A stretch of 64,000 nt of DNA from Patescibacteria group bacterium (GTDB lineage: Bacteria > Patescibacteriota > Minisyncoccia > Phycocordibacterales > Phycocordibacteraceae), in assembly GCA_040384705.1 (NCBI GenBank), contig JAZKIU010000001.1, positions 229,675-293,674 on the forward strand. The letters run 5' to 3'. This document shows positions 37,713 to 48,891 of this stretch, piece after piece. The notes beneath the pieces were generated by a model. That model was given only the letters and a program-made list of their open reading frames with translations. It searched no databases and had not been told where the DNA came from. The number at the start of each line of letters is the position of its first letter. Position 1 is the first letter of the stretch. A program made the position numbers and the translations under genes.

Positions 37713-38863
37713 CGGGTGTCCTGGACGCGCAGCCCCATCACCGTGCCGGCAAACGCAATGGCAAGACCGAGTACGAAGAAGAGCATGCTATAGCCACCGA
37801 GGATGAGGAAGAGGCTGCCGAGCAAGGGTGCGACGAGCGCGCCCCCCGGCCGCATCATGCGGAACACGCTCACCGTGTTAGGGTCACGCTCGGAGACACG
37901 CCTGAAGAAGTGCCCCTCAACCATCGCTTCGGCGAGCGCCGCACCGATGCGGGTGAGCACCAATATAGCGAGGATGACAGCAAGCGGCGTCGCGGCGTCA
38001 ACGAAGGTGAACGCCGCGAACGCGAGGCCCATGATGATGAATCCCGCGACCAGAAGGAGCCGGTCGCCGAAGTACCGGTCAGCGAGATACCCCGCAGGGT
38101 ACTCGAGGAACACGAACGGGAGCACCATGATGGCGAACATCCAGCCGAGCTGGTCCCACGGCATGCCGAGTACCGTATGGAGATAGATGGGGATATAGAG
38201 CGGGGCGAGATGGAAGAATATCTGCAAGAGACCGTACGAGAAGGCGACGGCCCGGAAATCACGGTCTCCCCACATGCAGGTGAATACCGACGCTATCTTG
38301 CTCCCGCGAGGGGGCAGTCCCTCCGGTATGTGCTCCACCAGGAAGAGCATGATGAACGGGGTAAGCGATACCGCGGCTGCGAAGAAGACGAGGTCGTATC
38401 GGTTCGTCCCATCAAGGAGAAGTCCCACCAAAAGCGGGGCGAGCACGAGCGCGAGGCTGCCCATCGTCATGAACGCGGTACGGACGCGGCCGGTCGAACC
38501 CTCTTCCTTAACGGTCGCTTCCAGCAGGAGATCGAGCTGGTACGCGAGAAGCGGAGAGGTCGCGCAGGCGAGCGCGACGCACGCGATGGCTATGGCCACT
38601 GAAGGATTGCCCGCAAGTATGGTGAGCACGACTGCCTGGAAGAAGGCGAGCGCGATAGCGATGCGTTTCGCGCCGCGCTTGGCGACCAATCGCGGCATGA
38701 TCGGGAAGAGAAGGAGCGTAATGACCGCCCCCATTGTTATGACGAGCCCGGCTCCTGCGACGCCGATGAGCGTCTCGAGATACGGTCCGACTATGTAAAT
38801 GATGAGGAAGAAGTGCGCGGCAGAGAAGAAATTGCCGAGCCACAGGACCTTTCGCGCTTGCAT
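37661..38863 (-). CDS. MFS transporter
   Basis: ~12 TM; GYLADRYFG motif; start moved to MQARK (TACAAT upstream). Confidence 0.85.
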   Translation of the reverse strand: MQARKVLWLGNFFSAAHFFLIIYIVGPYLETLIGVAGAGLVITMGAVITLLLFPIMPRLVAKRGAKRIAIALAFFQAVVLTILAGNPSVAIAIACVALACATSPLLAYQLDLLLEATVKEEGSTGRVRTAFMTMGSLALVLAPLLVGLLLDGTNRYDLVFFAAAVSLTPFIMLFLVEHIPEGLPPRGSKIASVFTCMWGDRDFRAVAFSYGLLQIFFHLAPLYIPIYLHTVLGMPWDQLGWMFAIMVLPFVFLEYPAGYLADRYFGDRLLLVAGFIIMGLAFAAFTFVDAATPLAVILAILVLTRIGAALAEAMVEGHFFRRVSERDPNTVSVFRMMRPGGALVAPLLGSLFLILGGYSMLFFVLGLAIAFAGTVMGLRVQDTRYPGRENLVPVLATKPS

Positions 38864-38952
38864 GTCAGGAAATTGTATCACTCGCTCCTCCCTCGGTTGC
38901 TATCGGAAGGGAATTGAGGCAGGATGGCGCAAGACCAACAGGGGGAATCGTG

Positions 38953-39651
38953 ATGGCGAACGCCAGGAAGCGTGACTATAAGACCGAGAAAGAGCTCTGG
39001 AGGATGATGTTCGGGCCGACAAAGATAGCGGCTATCCGTCGCGAGCAGGCTGACCAGAACTTCCGGGAGGTATTCGAGGATGGGCACGCCACTTCCATCC
39101 GCGAGTTCCTGGAGCCCTACGCTGAAGACTATCGTCGGATGCTCAGGCGTCGCGGATTGGCATGGAAGCATATGACCCAATTCCATCCCGATGCGTTTCC
39201 GCTCCTGCTCAAACATGGGGTCGACTATGAGCCGTATGTCTTCGATGACTACATGTATCGGGAAAAGATACAGCCGTGGGCGGGGAAATGTTTCGCGAAC
39301 TCATGGTTCATCGTGGACAACCACGCTCGCATGAAAGGGCCGGAAGATCGTTCCCTGACATACGTGGAAGGGTTCCTGATGGGAGTACTTGCGTTACCTA
39401 TGCTGCACGCGTGGAATGGCCTCGACGGAGAGCGACCGGTGGCATGGGACTGGAGCCACTATGCGACTACGGGGTGGAGCCGGTACTTTGGCATCCCTTT
39501 CACGAAGGAAGAGTACGATTTCATCATGCAGACGGCGTACGGCGAGCCGATGATCCATTCCTTGTTCGATCGCAAGAACTTCGAACGACACCGGGCGCCG
39601 CTGCTAGAAGTCCTTTCGCGCCGAGATAACAAAGAGAAGCCCGCTGCATAA
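38953..39651 (+). CDS. hypothetical protein, possible Cys-His-Asp (papain/transglutaminase-like) fold
   Basis: GKCFANS..YVEG..HAW..DWS..YFGIPF; GGGGG SD; own hairpin. Confidence 0.6.
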   Translation: MANARKRDYKTEKELWRMMFGPTKIAAIRREQADQNFREVFEDGHATSIREFLEPYAEDYRRMLRRRGLAWKHMTQFHPDAFPLLLKHGVDYEPYVFDDYMYREKIQPWAGKCFANSWFIVDNHARMKGPEDRSLTYVEGFLMGVLALPMLHAWNGLDGERPVAWDWSHYATTGWSRYFGIPFTKEEYDFIMQTAYGEPMIHSLFDRKNFERHRAPLLEVLSRRDNKEKPAA

Positions 39652-39682
39652 GTGCAGCGGGCGCTCCTTTTTATGTGTGTGA

Positions 39683-41638
39683 CTAGACCCCGATCAATAC
39701 CGGAATGACCATCGGTGCCTTATTCGTCCTCGCGAAGAGGTACCCTGCCATGGTGTCGGAGAGCGCATTCTTCACGTAGTCGAGGTCGACGGGGTTCATG
39801 CCCTGTGTCGAGTCCTCGACGGTCTTCTTGATGAGAAGGCGTGCCTGGTTGAGCATGTCCTGGCTCTCGCGCAGGTACACGAAGCCACGGCTGATGATGT
39901 CCGGCGACTTGCGCAGCTTCCCGGTCTTGAGGTTCACGGTCGCGATGATGACGAACATGCCGTCCTTCGCGAGCATCTGGCGATCACGTATGACCACCTC
40001 CTGCATGTCCCCGATGGAGAAGCCGTCGACTACGAGCGGAGAAGAAGGAACCTTCTGCTTGTGGACGTTCAGGCGCTCTCCGTCCTCGATATCGATGACG
40101 GTACCGTTATCAGCGACGATGATGCTCTCGCGCGGGCGTCCGGCCTGCTCGATGGCTTTCGCGTGCGAGGCGGTCATCGAGTAGTAGCCATAGGCGGGCA
40201 TGAAGAACTTCGCGTTCACCTGCTGGTTTATCCAGATGAGCTCGCCCGTGTTGCCGTGCCCGGTCGAGTGCACGTCGCTCGATCGGTAGTGGATGAGGGT
40301 AACGCCATTGCGGTAGAGGTTGTCCTTCAGGCGCTGCACCGATATCTCGTTGCCTGGAATAACGGAGGACGAGAGCACGATGGTGTCCTTGTTGGTGAGC
40401 GTGATGTTCTTGTGCTGCTTCGTCGCGATGCGCATGAGGGCAGCGAACTCCTCGCCCTGGGCACCCGTCGCAAGAATGACGACCTTGTCGGGAGGGTAGT
40501 CACCTATTTCCTGCGCCGAGATGAGCGTCTCCTTCTTGATGTTAAGAAGGCCCGTCTTCTGCGCTATCTCGAGGTTCGTCTTGATGGAGCGGCCTTCGGT
40601 GACAATCTTCTTGCCGAGCGATTCAGATATCTCGATGATGCGTATCATGCGCTCGAACTGCGATGCGAAGGTACCGATGATGAGGCGGCCCTGCACCGTC
40701 TTGATGATGTTCTCGAGGGTCTCGTGCACCTTGCGCTCAGGCACGGAGAATCCGTCGCGCTCGGCGTTGGTCGAGTCCGCGATGAAGAAGAGGTTCTTCT
40801 GGGAGGCGAGATGGCCCCACGTCTTCACTTCCTTCTCGGTCGGTATGCCGTTCTCGTGGTCGAGCTTGAGGTCACCGGTGACGACGACGTTTCCGTGCGG
40901 TGTCTCGATAGCGATACCCATCGAGTCAGGAATGGAGTGCGTGACGGGGAAGAACTGCACCTTGGTAGAACCGATGGTCATCGTCTGGCCCACTTCGACG
41001 ACGACGAGGTTCGGCTTTGGCATATCGGGATACTCCTCCTGGCGCTTCGCTATCATCACCGCGGTGAGGTTCTGCGTGTAGATAGGCGGATTGCCGAAGC
41101 GGTTCATGAGGAACGGGATACCGCCGATGTGGTCGAGGTGACCGTGCGTGATGAATACGCCGCGCACGCGGTCGATGTTCTTCTCGAGGTAGCTCGTGTT
41201 CGGGAGGATGTAGTCGACGCCCGGGGAAGTGTCCTCGGACGTGAACTGGAACCCTACGTCGAATATGAATATGTCGCCGTTGGTCTCGACGGTGAACATG
41301 TTGCGGCCGACTTCCTCCACGCCACCCAAGGGAACGATGCGTACGACGCCTTCTGCGGGCTTCGCAGGGAAGTAGTCAGGAATGGCTTTGGCTTGGGTAG
41401 TCGCCTGGGACGGACCGCTTGGGCGACGGAGAGTACGGCGAATTTGGCGCGAGACGCGACCGGGGCGCTCAGCACCTCCGCCGCCACCACGACCGCCGCG
41501 AGAACCGCGGCCACGGGGGGCGTCGCCTTCACGGCGAGGTTCGCGCGGGCCTTGTGGCGGCCGTGCTGACTGGTTGCTTCCTTGCGGGTTCCGGGGAGCC
41601 GGAGCGGGCGCAGGAGCGGGAGCAGGTGATGGAGACAT
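39683..41638 (-). CDS. rnj: ribonuclease J
   Basis: LGGVEEVGRN, THGHLDHIG, HSIPD, TGAQGE, HSTGH, PDIISRGFV. Confidence 0.95.
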   Translation of the reverse strand: MSPSPAPAPAPAPAPRNPQGSNQSARPPQGPREPRREGDAPRGRGSRGGRGGGGGAERPGRVSRQIRRTLRRPSGPSQATTQAKAIPDYFPAKPAEGVVRIVPLGGVEEVGRNMFTVETNGDIFIFDVGFQFTSEDTSPGVDYILPNTSYLEKNIDRVRGVFITHGHLDHIGGIPFLMNRFGNPPIYTQNLTAVMIAKRQEEYPDMPKPNLVVVEVGQTMTIGSTKVQFFPVTHSIPDSMGIAIETPHGNVVVTGDLKLDHENGIPTEKEVKTWGHLASQKNLFFIADSTNAERDGFSVPERKVHETLENIIKTVQGRLIIGTFASQFERMIRIIEISESLGKKIVTEGRSIKTNLEIAQKTGLLNIKKETLISAQEIGDYPPDKVVILATGAQGEEFAALMRIATKQHKNITLTNKDTIVLSSSVIPGNEISVQRLKDNLYRNGVTLIHYRSSDVHSTGHGNTGELIWINQQVNAKFFMPAYGYYSMTASHAKAIEQAGRPRESIIVADNGTVIDIEDGERLNVHKQKVPSSPLVVDGFSIGDMQEVVIRDRQMLAKDGMFVIIATVNLKTGKLRKSPDIISRGFVYLRESQDMLNQARLLIKKTVEDSTQGMNPVDLDYVKNALSDTMAGYLFARTNKAPMVIPVLIGV

Positions 41639-41723
41639 AACGATGAATGATTTAGAACAGGATAATTAATTTCCTACCAAGTAGAGAGCAGTAGGCACGG
41701 GAAGCGAGAGGTCGCTTAACCTA

Positions 41724-43445
41724 CTACTTGCTACTCACTAAGATTGGCCACACGAATTCGGTATACCGATGCCAGCTCGCGACCGTAGCGAAACGGTCAG
41801 AGGGCGACGTAACTTGCGGAAGCACGATGCCCTTAAGGTCCTTAGGTACAGCATACAGGAAGTCAGGCGCATGCGTAAAGGCGGCAGGATAGTCAGCTGC
41901 TATAAGCTGGCCCGCGCTCACGATATCGGCGTGCGCAGCCTCCGTATCGCTCTCGGCGCGTGCCTTTGCTAGGAGCGCGTCCACCGTCTCGTTCGTATAC
42001 AGGGCGACGTTGAGCCCTGGGTCCCGGCGCTGGCTTGAGTGCCAGAACGCGAAGAGGTCACGATCGCGTCCCACCACCTCCCCGAAGAGAAGGGCGTCGT
42101 ACTCGCGCGGGCGTATGACTTCCTGCGTGAGGCTGCCCGGCTCATACAGCTCGAGCGCGACCGGTATCCCAAGCAGCTCCCAATCCGCCTGCACCGAGGA
42201 AGCGATGAGCTTGAGCTCTGCCACGCTCGAGGTGCGGAGCGTGATGGTAGGCATTGCGGTCTCTCCCTTCGTCCATCCCACACCCTCCTCATAGTCCCAA
42301 CCGCCCTCATCAAGAATGAGGCGCGCCGCTTCTATGCGGGTAGCAGGGTCAGGAAGCGCTGCCGGCTCGAATGTATCGGCTCCTTCAGGAGGGAGCGGTC
42401 CGGTGAGCGGCGTCGCGTACCCACCAAGCAGGGTGTTCACGATGTTGTCGCGATTGATGGCAACGGAGAGCGCCTCGCGCACTTCTTTGTTCTCGAAGAT
42501 AGGCTGCTTATCCGGGTTATAGAACACCCCGAACACGCGTGCATAGGGCGCACGCAGCGCTCCGTCCTTCGCGACCCCGTATGCGCTCTCGACCGCGCCC
42601 CGACGTACCGCCCCAGCAAGATCGGAAGGGGAGGTGAAGAACTTGAAGTGGATACCATCGAGATAGGGGCGGCCCGTCGCGTATCCCTTGAAGGCGACGA
42701 GATCGTATTCCTTGATGACACCGTTCCCATCACGCAGCACGTTCGTGACGCGGAAGGGACCTGCCGCTACCGGACGCTCCATAAGAGGGGAGAAGGGGAA
42801 CTGGTCGTTCGGCACATTCCTCCAGAGCTTAGAGGGGAGTATGCCGAGCGTGGTGTCCTCGATGAACGGCGCGTACGCCTGCGGTAGCGTGAAGCGCACG
42901 GTGCGTGAGTCCACTACCTCCGCGCGGATGTTAGCCCAGTTCGCGTACTCCGGGGACTTGAGCGTAGGGTCCTGCGCCTTCTCGACGGTGAACACCACGT
43001 CTTCTGCGGTCACCGGCGTATTGTCCGAGAACTTCGCGTGCTGGCGGATGATGAACGTATACGTCTTGCCGTCCTCCGATATGGTGTAGCTCTCAGCAAG
43101 GACCGGGGTGAGCTCGCCGGTAGCGGATATGCCCATGAGCCCTGCGTAGGTGAGCATGGTGAGATCGCGGTCGGCGTCGGTGAGCGCAAGAAGGGGATTC
43201 ACGAAGCGAGGAGCACCCACCATGCCTTCGATGAGCGTTCCGCCGCGAGCAGGCTGCTCGACAAGGAAAGTCTTCTGCAGCTCGCGTATGCCCATGAGGC
43301 AGCTCACGACTACGGCAAGCGCGAGAATGCTCGCGATGAGCTTATCCCCCGGCGGGAGCCTGCGGATATGCGAAAAGAACCGGGAGATAGCCGCCGGCTT
43401 CTGGAACGATGGGAAAGTAGTGGGGAAGCGAGAGAACCGCTCCAT
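41724..43445 (-). CDS. ABC peptide/nickel substrate-binding protein, family 5
   Basis: GGTLIEG, LAESY.ISEDGKTYTF, PVTAEDVVFT, VREALS.AINR. Confidence 0.9.
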   Translation of the reverse strand: MERFSRFPTTFPSFQKPAAISRFFSHIRRLPPGDKLIASILALAVVVSCLMGIRELQKTFLVEQPARGGTLIEGMVGAPRFVNPLLALTDADRDLTMLTYAGLMGISATGELTPVLAESYTISEDGKTYTFIIRQHAKFSDNTPVTAEDVVFTVEKAQDPTLKSPEYANWANIRAEVVDSRTVRFTLPQAYAPFIEDTTLGILPSKLWRNVPNDQFPFSPLMERPVAAGPFRVTNVLRDGNGVIKEYDLVAFKGYATGRPYLDGIHFKFFTSPSDLAGAVRRGAVESAYGVAKDGALRAPYARVFGVFYNPDKQPIFENKEVREALSVAINRDNIVNTLLGGYATPLTGPLPPEGADTFEPAALPDPATRIEAARLILDEGGWDYEEGVGWTKGETAMPTITLRTSSVAELKLIASSVQADWELLGIPVALELYEPGSLTQEVIRPREYDALLFGEVVGRDRDLFAFWHSSQRRDPGLNVALYTNETVDALLAKARAESDTEAAHADIVSAGQLIAADYPAAFTHAPDFLYAVPKDLKGIVLPQVTSPSDRFATVASWHRYTEFVWPILVSSK

Positions 43446-43455
43446 AAGGGTGTCC

Positions 43456-43686
43456 TTAAATGAGGAAACCAGCGACGGCTGCAGCTACGAAAAGGATAGC
43501 GATGACGATAGTCGCGTTGAAAAGGAATTTCTCCGCGCCACGACGCTTGTAGAAGGTCGATGAGAAATTATCGCCTCCGAAAGCCCCTCCAAGGGAAGCG
43601 CCACGATTCTGCAGCACAATGCCGAGAATGAGGAGCACGGAGAGGGCTATCTGTACGTAGGGCAGTGCTGCCGTTAGAGTCTCCAT
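43456..43686 (-). CDS. secG: preprotein translocase subunit SecG
   Basis: LQNRGASLGGAFGG...RRGAEK; 2 TM. Confidence 0.92.
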   Translation of the reverse strand: METLTAALPYVQIALSVLLILGIVLQNRGASLGGAFGGDNFSSTFYKRRGAEKFLFNATIVIAILFVAAAVAGFLI

Positions 43687-43780
43687 CTGTAGGCCCTACC
43701 TTATCAAATAGGGGAGGGAAATGCAAAAGCCCTCCGGGGGTCCGGAGGGCTGCGGGTGAAGGGTTATGGCCTCAGGAGAC

Positions 43781-44047
43781 TTAGTTGGTCTCCTTGGGTT
43801 GGCGCATCCCCCACGATTGGACGAAGAAGAGCAGGACGAGGACGGCGATGAAAGCTCCGGCCGCAAGCGCATGTTCCGGCCGAGTCTGGCCGAGCCAGTG
43901 CGCGATCGCCGCGAAGGCGACGAGGGCGGCGCTGGCGGCGCAGTACCCGAACATATCCTCGCGACGCTGCTGTTGGCGAAGCGTGCGCATGGTGACCCAG
44001 AACGCGCCAAGGGCGCAGATGCCGGCAAGGATGAGGATTGCAGTCAT
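43781..44047 (-). CDS. small 3-TM protein (ORFan-like)
   Basis: TTGACA-17-TATAGT promoter, GGGAG SD, downstream hairpin. Confidence 0.6.
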   Translation of the reverse strand: MTAILILAGICALGAFWVTMRTLRQQQRREDMFGYCAASAALVAFAAIAHWLGQTRPEHALAAGAFIAVLVLLFFVQSWGMRQPKETN

Positions 44048-44285
44048 GGCTGGTTCTCCCAGTGGCCAAATTGACGTTACTGAAACTACTATACACATTA
44101 CTTACATATATGTCAAGTATAGAAACTGGGAAGCCATACGCGCATGTAAAATCCAGCTTTTCTTTATGTTTGACGGTGCGCAATGAATTCATATACACTG
44201 TGGATAACTTTTAACGCCGTTTTGCGCGTTAAAAAGGGAATTCATGTTCACCCGTTACTAACCGCCTAAGCGATATCTTTTCTTT

Positions 44286-44588
44286 ATGGCAAAAGCAGAA
44301 AAACTTTCCATCCAACCGCTTCACGACCGTGTGGTCGTCAAACCCGCTTCTCGTGAAGAAGTCTCCGCCTCAGGCATCATCATCCCGGACTCGGCCAGCC
44401 GAGAAAAGCCGGAGCGGGGAACCGTTGTCGCCGTCGGCTTAGGCCGATACGAAGACGGCGACCTCATCCCCATGACCGTTAAGGTCGGCGATACCGTCCT
44501 CTTCTCCAAGTACGGCTTCGACGAAGTGAAGATAGACGGCACCGAGTACTTCATTCTCTCCGAGTCAGGTATCCTCGCCATCATTTAA
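44286..44588 (+). CDS. groES: co-chaperonin GroES
   Basis: PLHDRVVV, SGIIIPD, KEKP-like, VKVGD.VLF. Confidence 0.97.
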   Translation: MAKAEKLSIQPLHDRVVVKPASREEVSASGIIIPDSASREKPERGTVVAVGLGRYEDGDLIPMTVKVGDTVLFSKYGFDEVKIDGTEYFILSESGILAII

Positions 44589-44609
44589 TAGAGTCGACTT
44601 CCCTACTAA

Positions 44610-46262
<1,653 letters not shown>

Positions 46263-46330
46263 ATCAGAATAGCGAAAGACGAATGCCGCGGTCCCGTAAG
46301 GGGTCGCGGCACTTTCGTTTGTTCAGTTCC

Positions 46331-46444
46331 CTATTCAGCGGGAACGAATGGAGCGCGCTGCTCGGTAGGAATGCCGCACAGAGCGAGCCAAAAGTTCACG
46401 TTAATGGGAATCCAGAGCCGGGGGCTATAGGCGAGCCAGAGCAT
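46331..46444 (-). CDS. 37-aa Trp-rich peptide
   Basis: GGAGGAGG-7 nt-ATG with TATAGT upstream; MLWLAYSPRLWIPINVNFWLALCGIPTEQRAPFVPAE*. Confidence 0.45.
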   Translation of the reverse strand: MLWLAYSPRLWIPINVNFWLALCGIPTEQRAPFVPAE

Positions 46445-46570
46445 GATGCATCCTCCTCCACGGTAACTATACGTCCCCAAAGCTCATGCATAGGAGATAA
46501 GGGGAGTAATCGGGAATACGTATTTACGCAAGGATTGCCGCCTATTGGCAATCCGCTATACTATAGGTAT

Positions 46571-47131
46571 ATGACCATCCTTTATATCGTTCTGGGCGTC
46601 CTCGCCCTCATCGTGCTCTGGGCTATCTTCGCGTTCAACGGCTTCGTATCGCTCCGCAACCGTGCCAAGGAAGCGTGGTCCGATATCGAGGTGCAGATGA
46701 AGCGCCGCTATGACCTCATCCCGAACCTCATCGAGACGGTGAAGGGATACGCAGCGCATGAGAGCCAGACGCTCGCGAATGTCACCGCAGCACGCACCGC
46801 CGCTATGGGCGCGCAGACGGTAGGTGAGCACGCGCAGGCAGAGAATATGCTCACAGGCGCGCTCAAGTCCCTCTTCGCAGTGTCCGAGGCATATCCTGAC
46901 CTCAAGGCGAACACCAACTTCCTCGAGCTCCAGCGTGAACTCTCCGACACCGAGAACAAGGTCATGGCCTCCCGCCGCTTCTACAACACGAACGTCCAGA
47001 CGCTCAACACTGCTATCGAGCAGTTCCCCGGCAACGTCATTGCAGGCTCGTTCGGCTTCAAGCAGATGGAGCTGTTCGAGCTCGCGGATAGCGAGGCTGC
47101 GGCTCGTGAGCCAGTGAAGGTTTCCTTCTAA
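46571..47131 (+). CDS. lemA: LemA family protein
   Basis: AWSDIEVQMKRRYDLIPNL, EAYPDLKAN, RRFYN; start moved to MTILY. Confidence 0.95.
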   Translation: MTILYIVLGVLALIVLWAIFAFNGFVSLRNRAKEAWSDIEVQMKRRYDLIPNLIETVKGYAAHESQTLANVTAARTAAMGAQTVGEHAQAENMLTGALKSLFAVSEAYPDLKANTNFLELQRELSDTENKVMASRRFYNTNVQTLNTAIEQFPGNVIAGSFGFKQMELFELADSEAAAREPVKVSF

Positions 47132-47167
47132 GAGTAAGGCGCGCGTTTGTAACGCGTCACTAATACC

Positions 47168-48064
47168 ATGAACCTCTACCAAGAACGCTCAAGCAACGTC
47201 TTCAAGACCTGGGCCCTCATGCTCGGCTTCTTCCTGCTGGTGATTGCGGTAGGTTGGGCAATTTCCTGGTACTACGACTCGCCCGCTATCCTCTACGGCG
47301 CGGTCATCCTCTCCGTGCTCATGAACGTAGGTAGCTACTGGTTCTCGGATAAGCTCGTGCTCTCGATGACGAGCGCCAAGCCCGCGACACGAGCGGAATA
47401 CTTCGATCTCTACACGGTCACAGAGAACCTTGCCATAACGGCAGGGCTCCCTATGCCGAAGCTCTACGTGATAGACGACGCAGCGCCAAACGCATTCGCG
47501 ACCGGACGCGATGAGAAGCATGCTGTGGTCGTAGCGACCACAGGGCTCCTCAATATCCTCGACCGCACCGAGCTTGAGGGCGTCATCGCGCACGAGCTCT
47601 CGCATGTGAAGAACAAGGACATGCTCGTTATGACGGTCGCGGTCGTGCTTGCCGGGTTCCTCGCCATCATCGCCGACATCTTCCTGCGCATGAGCATGTT
47701 CGGCGGAGGCGACCGTGATAGCGGCAAAGCCGGCGCGCTCTTTGCGGTGCTCGCAGTCGTGGGCATCATCCTCGCCCCTATCGCGGCCCAGCTCATACAG
47801 CTCGCCATTTCCCGCCGCCGTGAATACCTCGCCGACTCCTCCGGCGCCCTCCTCACCCGTTACCCGGAAGGCCTCGCTTCTGCGCTCCGGAAGATAGGAA
47901 GCTATGCCGCGCCTATGAAGATCGCGAACCACGCCACTGCGCACTTGTTCATAGGAAATCCGTTCGGTGCACGTGCCTCAAGCTTCACGAACAAACTCTT
48001 CGCTACCCATCCGCCTATCGAGGATCGCATCAAGAAGCTGCTCGGCGCTGCTCGGGCTGAATAA
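47168..48064 (+). CDS. htpX: zinc metalloprotease HtpX (M48)
   Basis: PNAFATG, HELSH, SRRREYLAD, THPP. Confidence 0.93.
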   Translation: MNLYQERSSNVFKTWALMLGFFLLVIAVGWAISWYYDSPAILYGAVILSVLMNVGSYWFSDKLVLSMTSAKPATRAEYFDLYTVTENLAITAGLPMPKLYVIDDAAPNAFATGRDEKHAVVVATTGLLNILDRTELEGVIAHELSHVKNKDMLVMTVAVVLAGFLAIIADIFLRMSMFGGGDRDSGKAGALFAVLAVVGIILAPIAAQLIQLAISRRREYLADSSGALLTRYPEGLASALRKIGSYAAPMKIANHATAHLFIGNPFGARASSFTNKLFATHPPIEDRIKKLLGAARAE

Positions 48065-48103
48065 GCCCAGCCTGCAGTGTTTTGTGCTATAACAGCACTA
48101 CCC

Positions 48104-48188
48104 GGAGGCGTCGGATAGCGGTTTATTCCACCACCTTGGAAAGGTGGCATATCGAAAGGTATCGAGAGTTCGAATCTCTCCGCCTCCG
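48104..48188 (+). tRNA. tRNA-Ser(GGA)
   Basis: Acceptor ggaggcg/cgcctcc; anticodon arm ccacc-tt-GGA-aa-ggtgg; long variable arm; T-arm gagag-ttcgaat-ctctc; CCA not encoded. Confidence 0.95.
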
Positions 48189-48258
48189 CTACAATCGTTT
48201 TCTTCATACCCACCCACCGGCATAATTCCTGGCGGGTCTGAATGTATACTTCCCATAT

Positions 48259-48891
48259 ATGGGCACGCTTCCTCATGGCGCACGATATGCTGTCGTATTG
48301 CTTGCGGCCTGCGCTATCATGCTCGCTGCGTTCGCGCTCGTGAACGCGGAAGACAGTGTCTTCGGCGAGCACGTCACAAGCCCTCGCCCGACGGTGACTT
48401 CCGCCCTTGTCGTCTCTGCGGGCTCAAGAAGCATCGAGGTAATAGAAGCCGAAGGGACTGACGAATCGGTACTGATCGTCGTGCGTATACTCGCGGACAC
48501 GGTGATATTCGCTGGCAGGGATACGGTTGAATCGGACGCGCTCGCGCAAGGGCAGCGTATCCAGATCCGCGGCACCAGGACGGAGAGTGGGATAGACGCA
48601 AGCATGATACGAATAGTCACCCTCGGAGAGGTCGAGATCGACGAGGAAGAAGTGCAGCCACTGCTCGCGGAAGAAATCGTGCCGGAGACCGTGCAGCCGG
48701 AGCCGGTTCCTGAACCCGCGCCGCCGCTCGAGTCGTCAGCCCCTCCTGCACCTGAGCCGCTCCCACCTGTGGAAGAGCCTGTCGAGGAGGAGGTGCCCGC
48801 GCCGGAACCGGAAGAGCCTCTGCCCGACGAAATAGAGCAGATGCCCGTGGTAGAACCCGCGCCGCCCGAGGGTGAGCAGCCCGAAGCATGA
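48259..48891 (+). CDS. membrane-anchored protein with an OB-like domain and Pro/Glu-rich tail
   Basis: TM; LAQGQRIQIRG...IDASMI; acidic PE-rich C-terminus. Confidence 0.65.
   Translation: MGTLPHGARYAVVLLAACAIMLAAFALVNAEDSVFGEHVTSPRPTVTSALVVSAGSRSIEVIEAEGTDESVLIVVRILADTVIFAGRDTVESDALAQGQRIQIRGTRTESGIDASMIRIVTLGEVEIDEEEVQPLLAEEIVPETVQPEPVPEPAPPLESSAPPAPEPLPPVEEPVEEEVPAPEPEEPLPDEIEQMPVVEPAPPEGEQPEA

Noticed and set aside
44199-44207. Replication origin
   Set aside because: Only a single DnaA box; no box cluster, DUE or dnaA/dnaN nearby
46283-46570. N-terminal extensions in the ORF track (lemA; likewise lexA, SDR, purB, capA, bcp, VTT)
   Set aside because: They run through terminators, promoters or neighbouring genes; family homology and -10 spacing point to downstream starts
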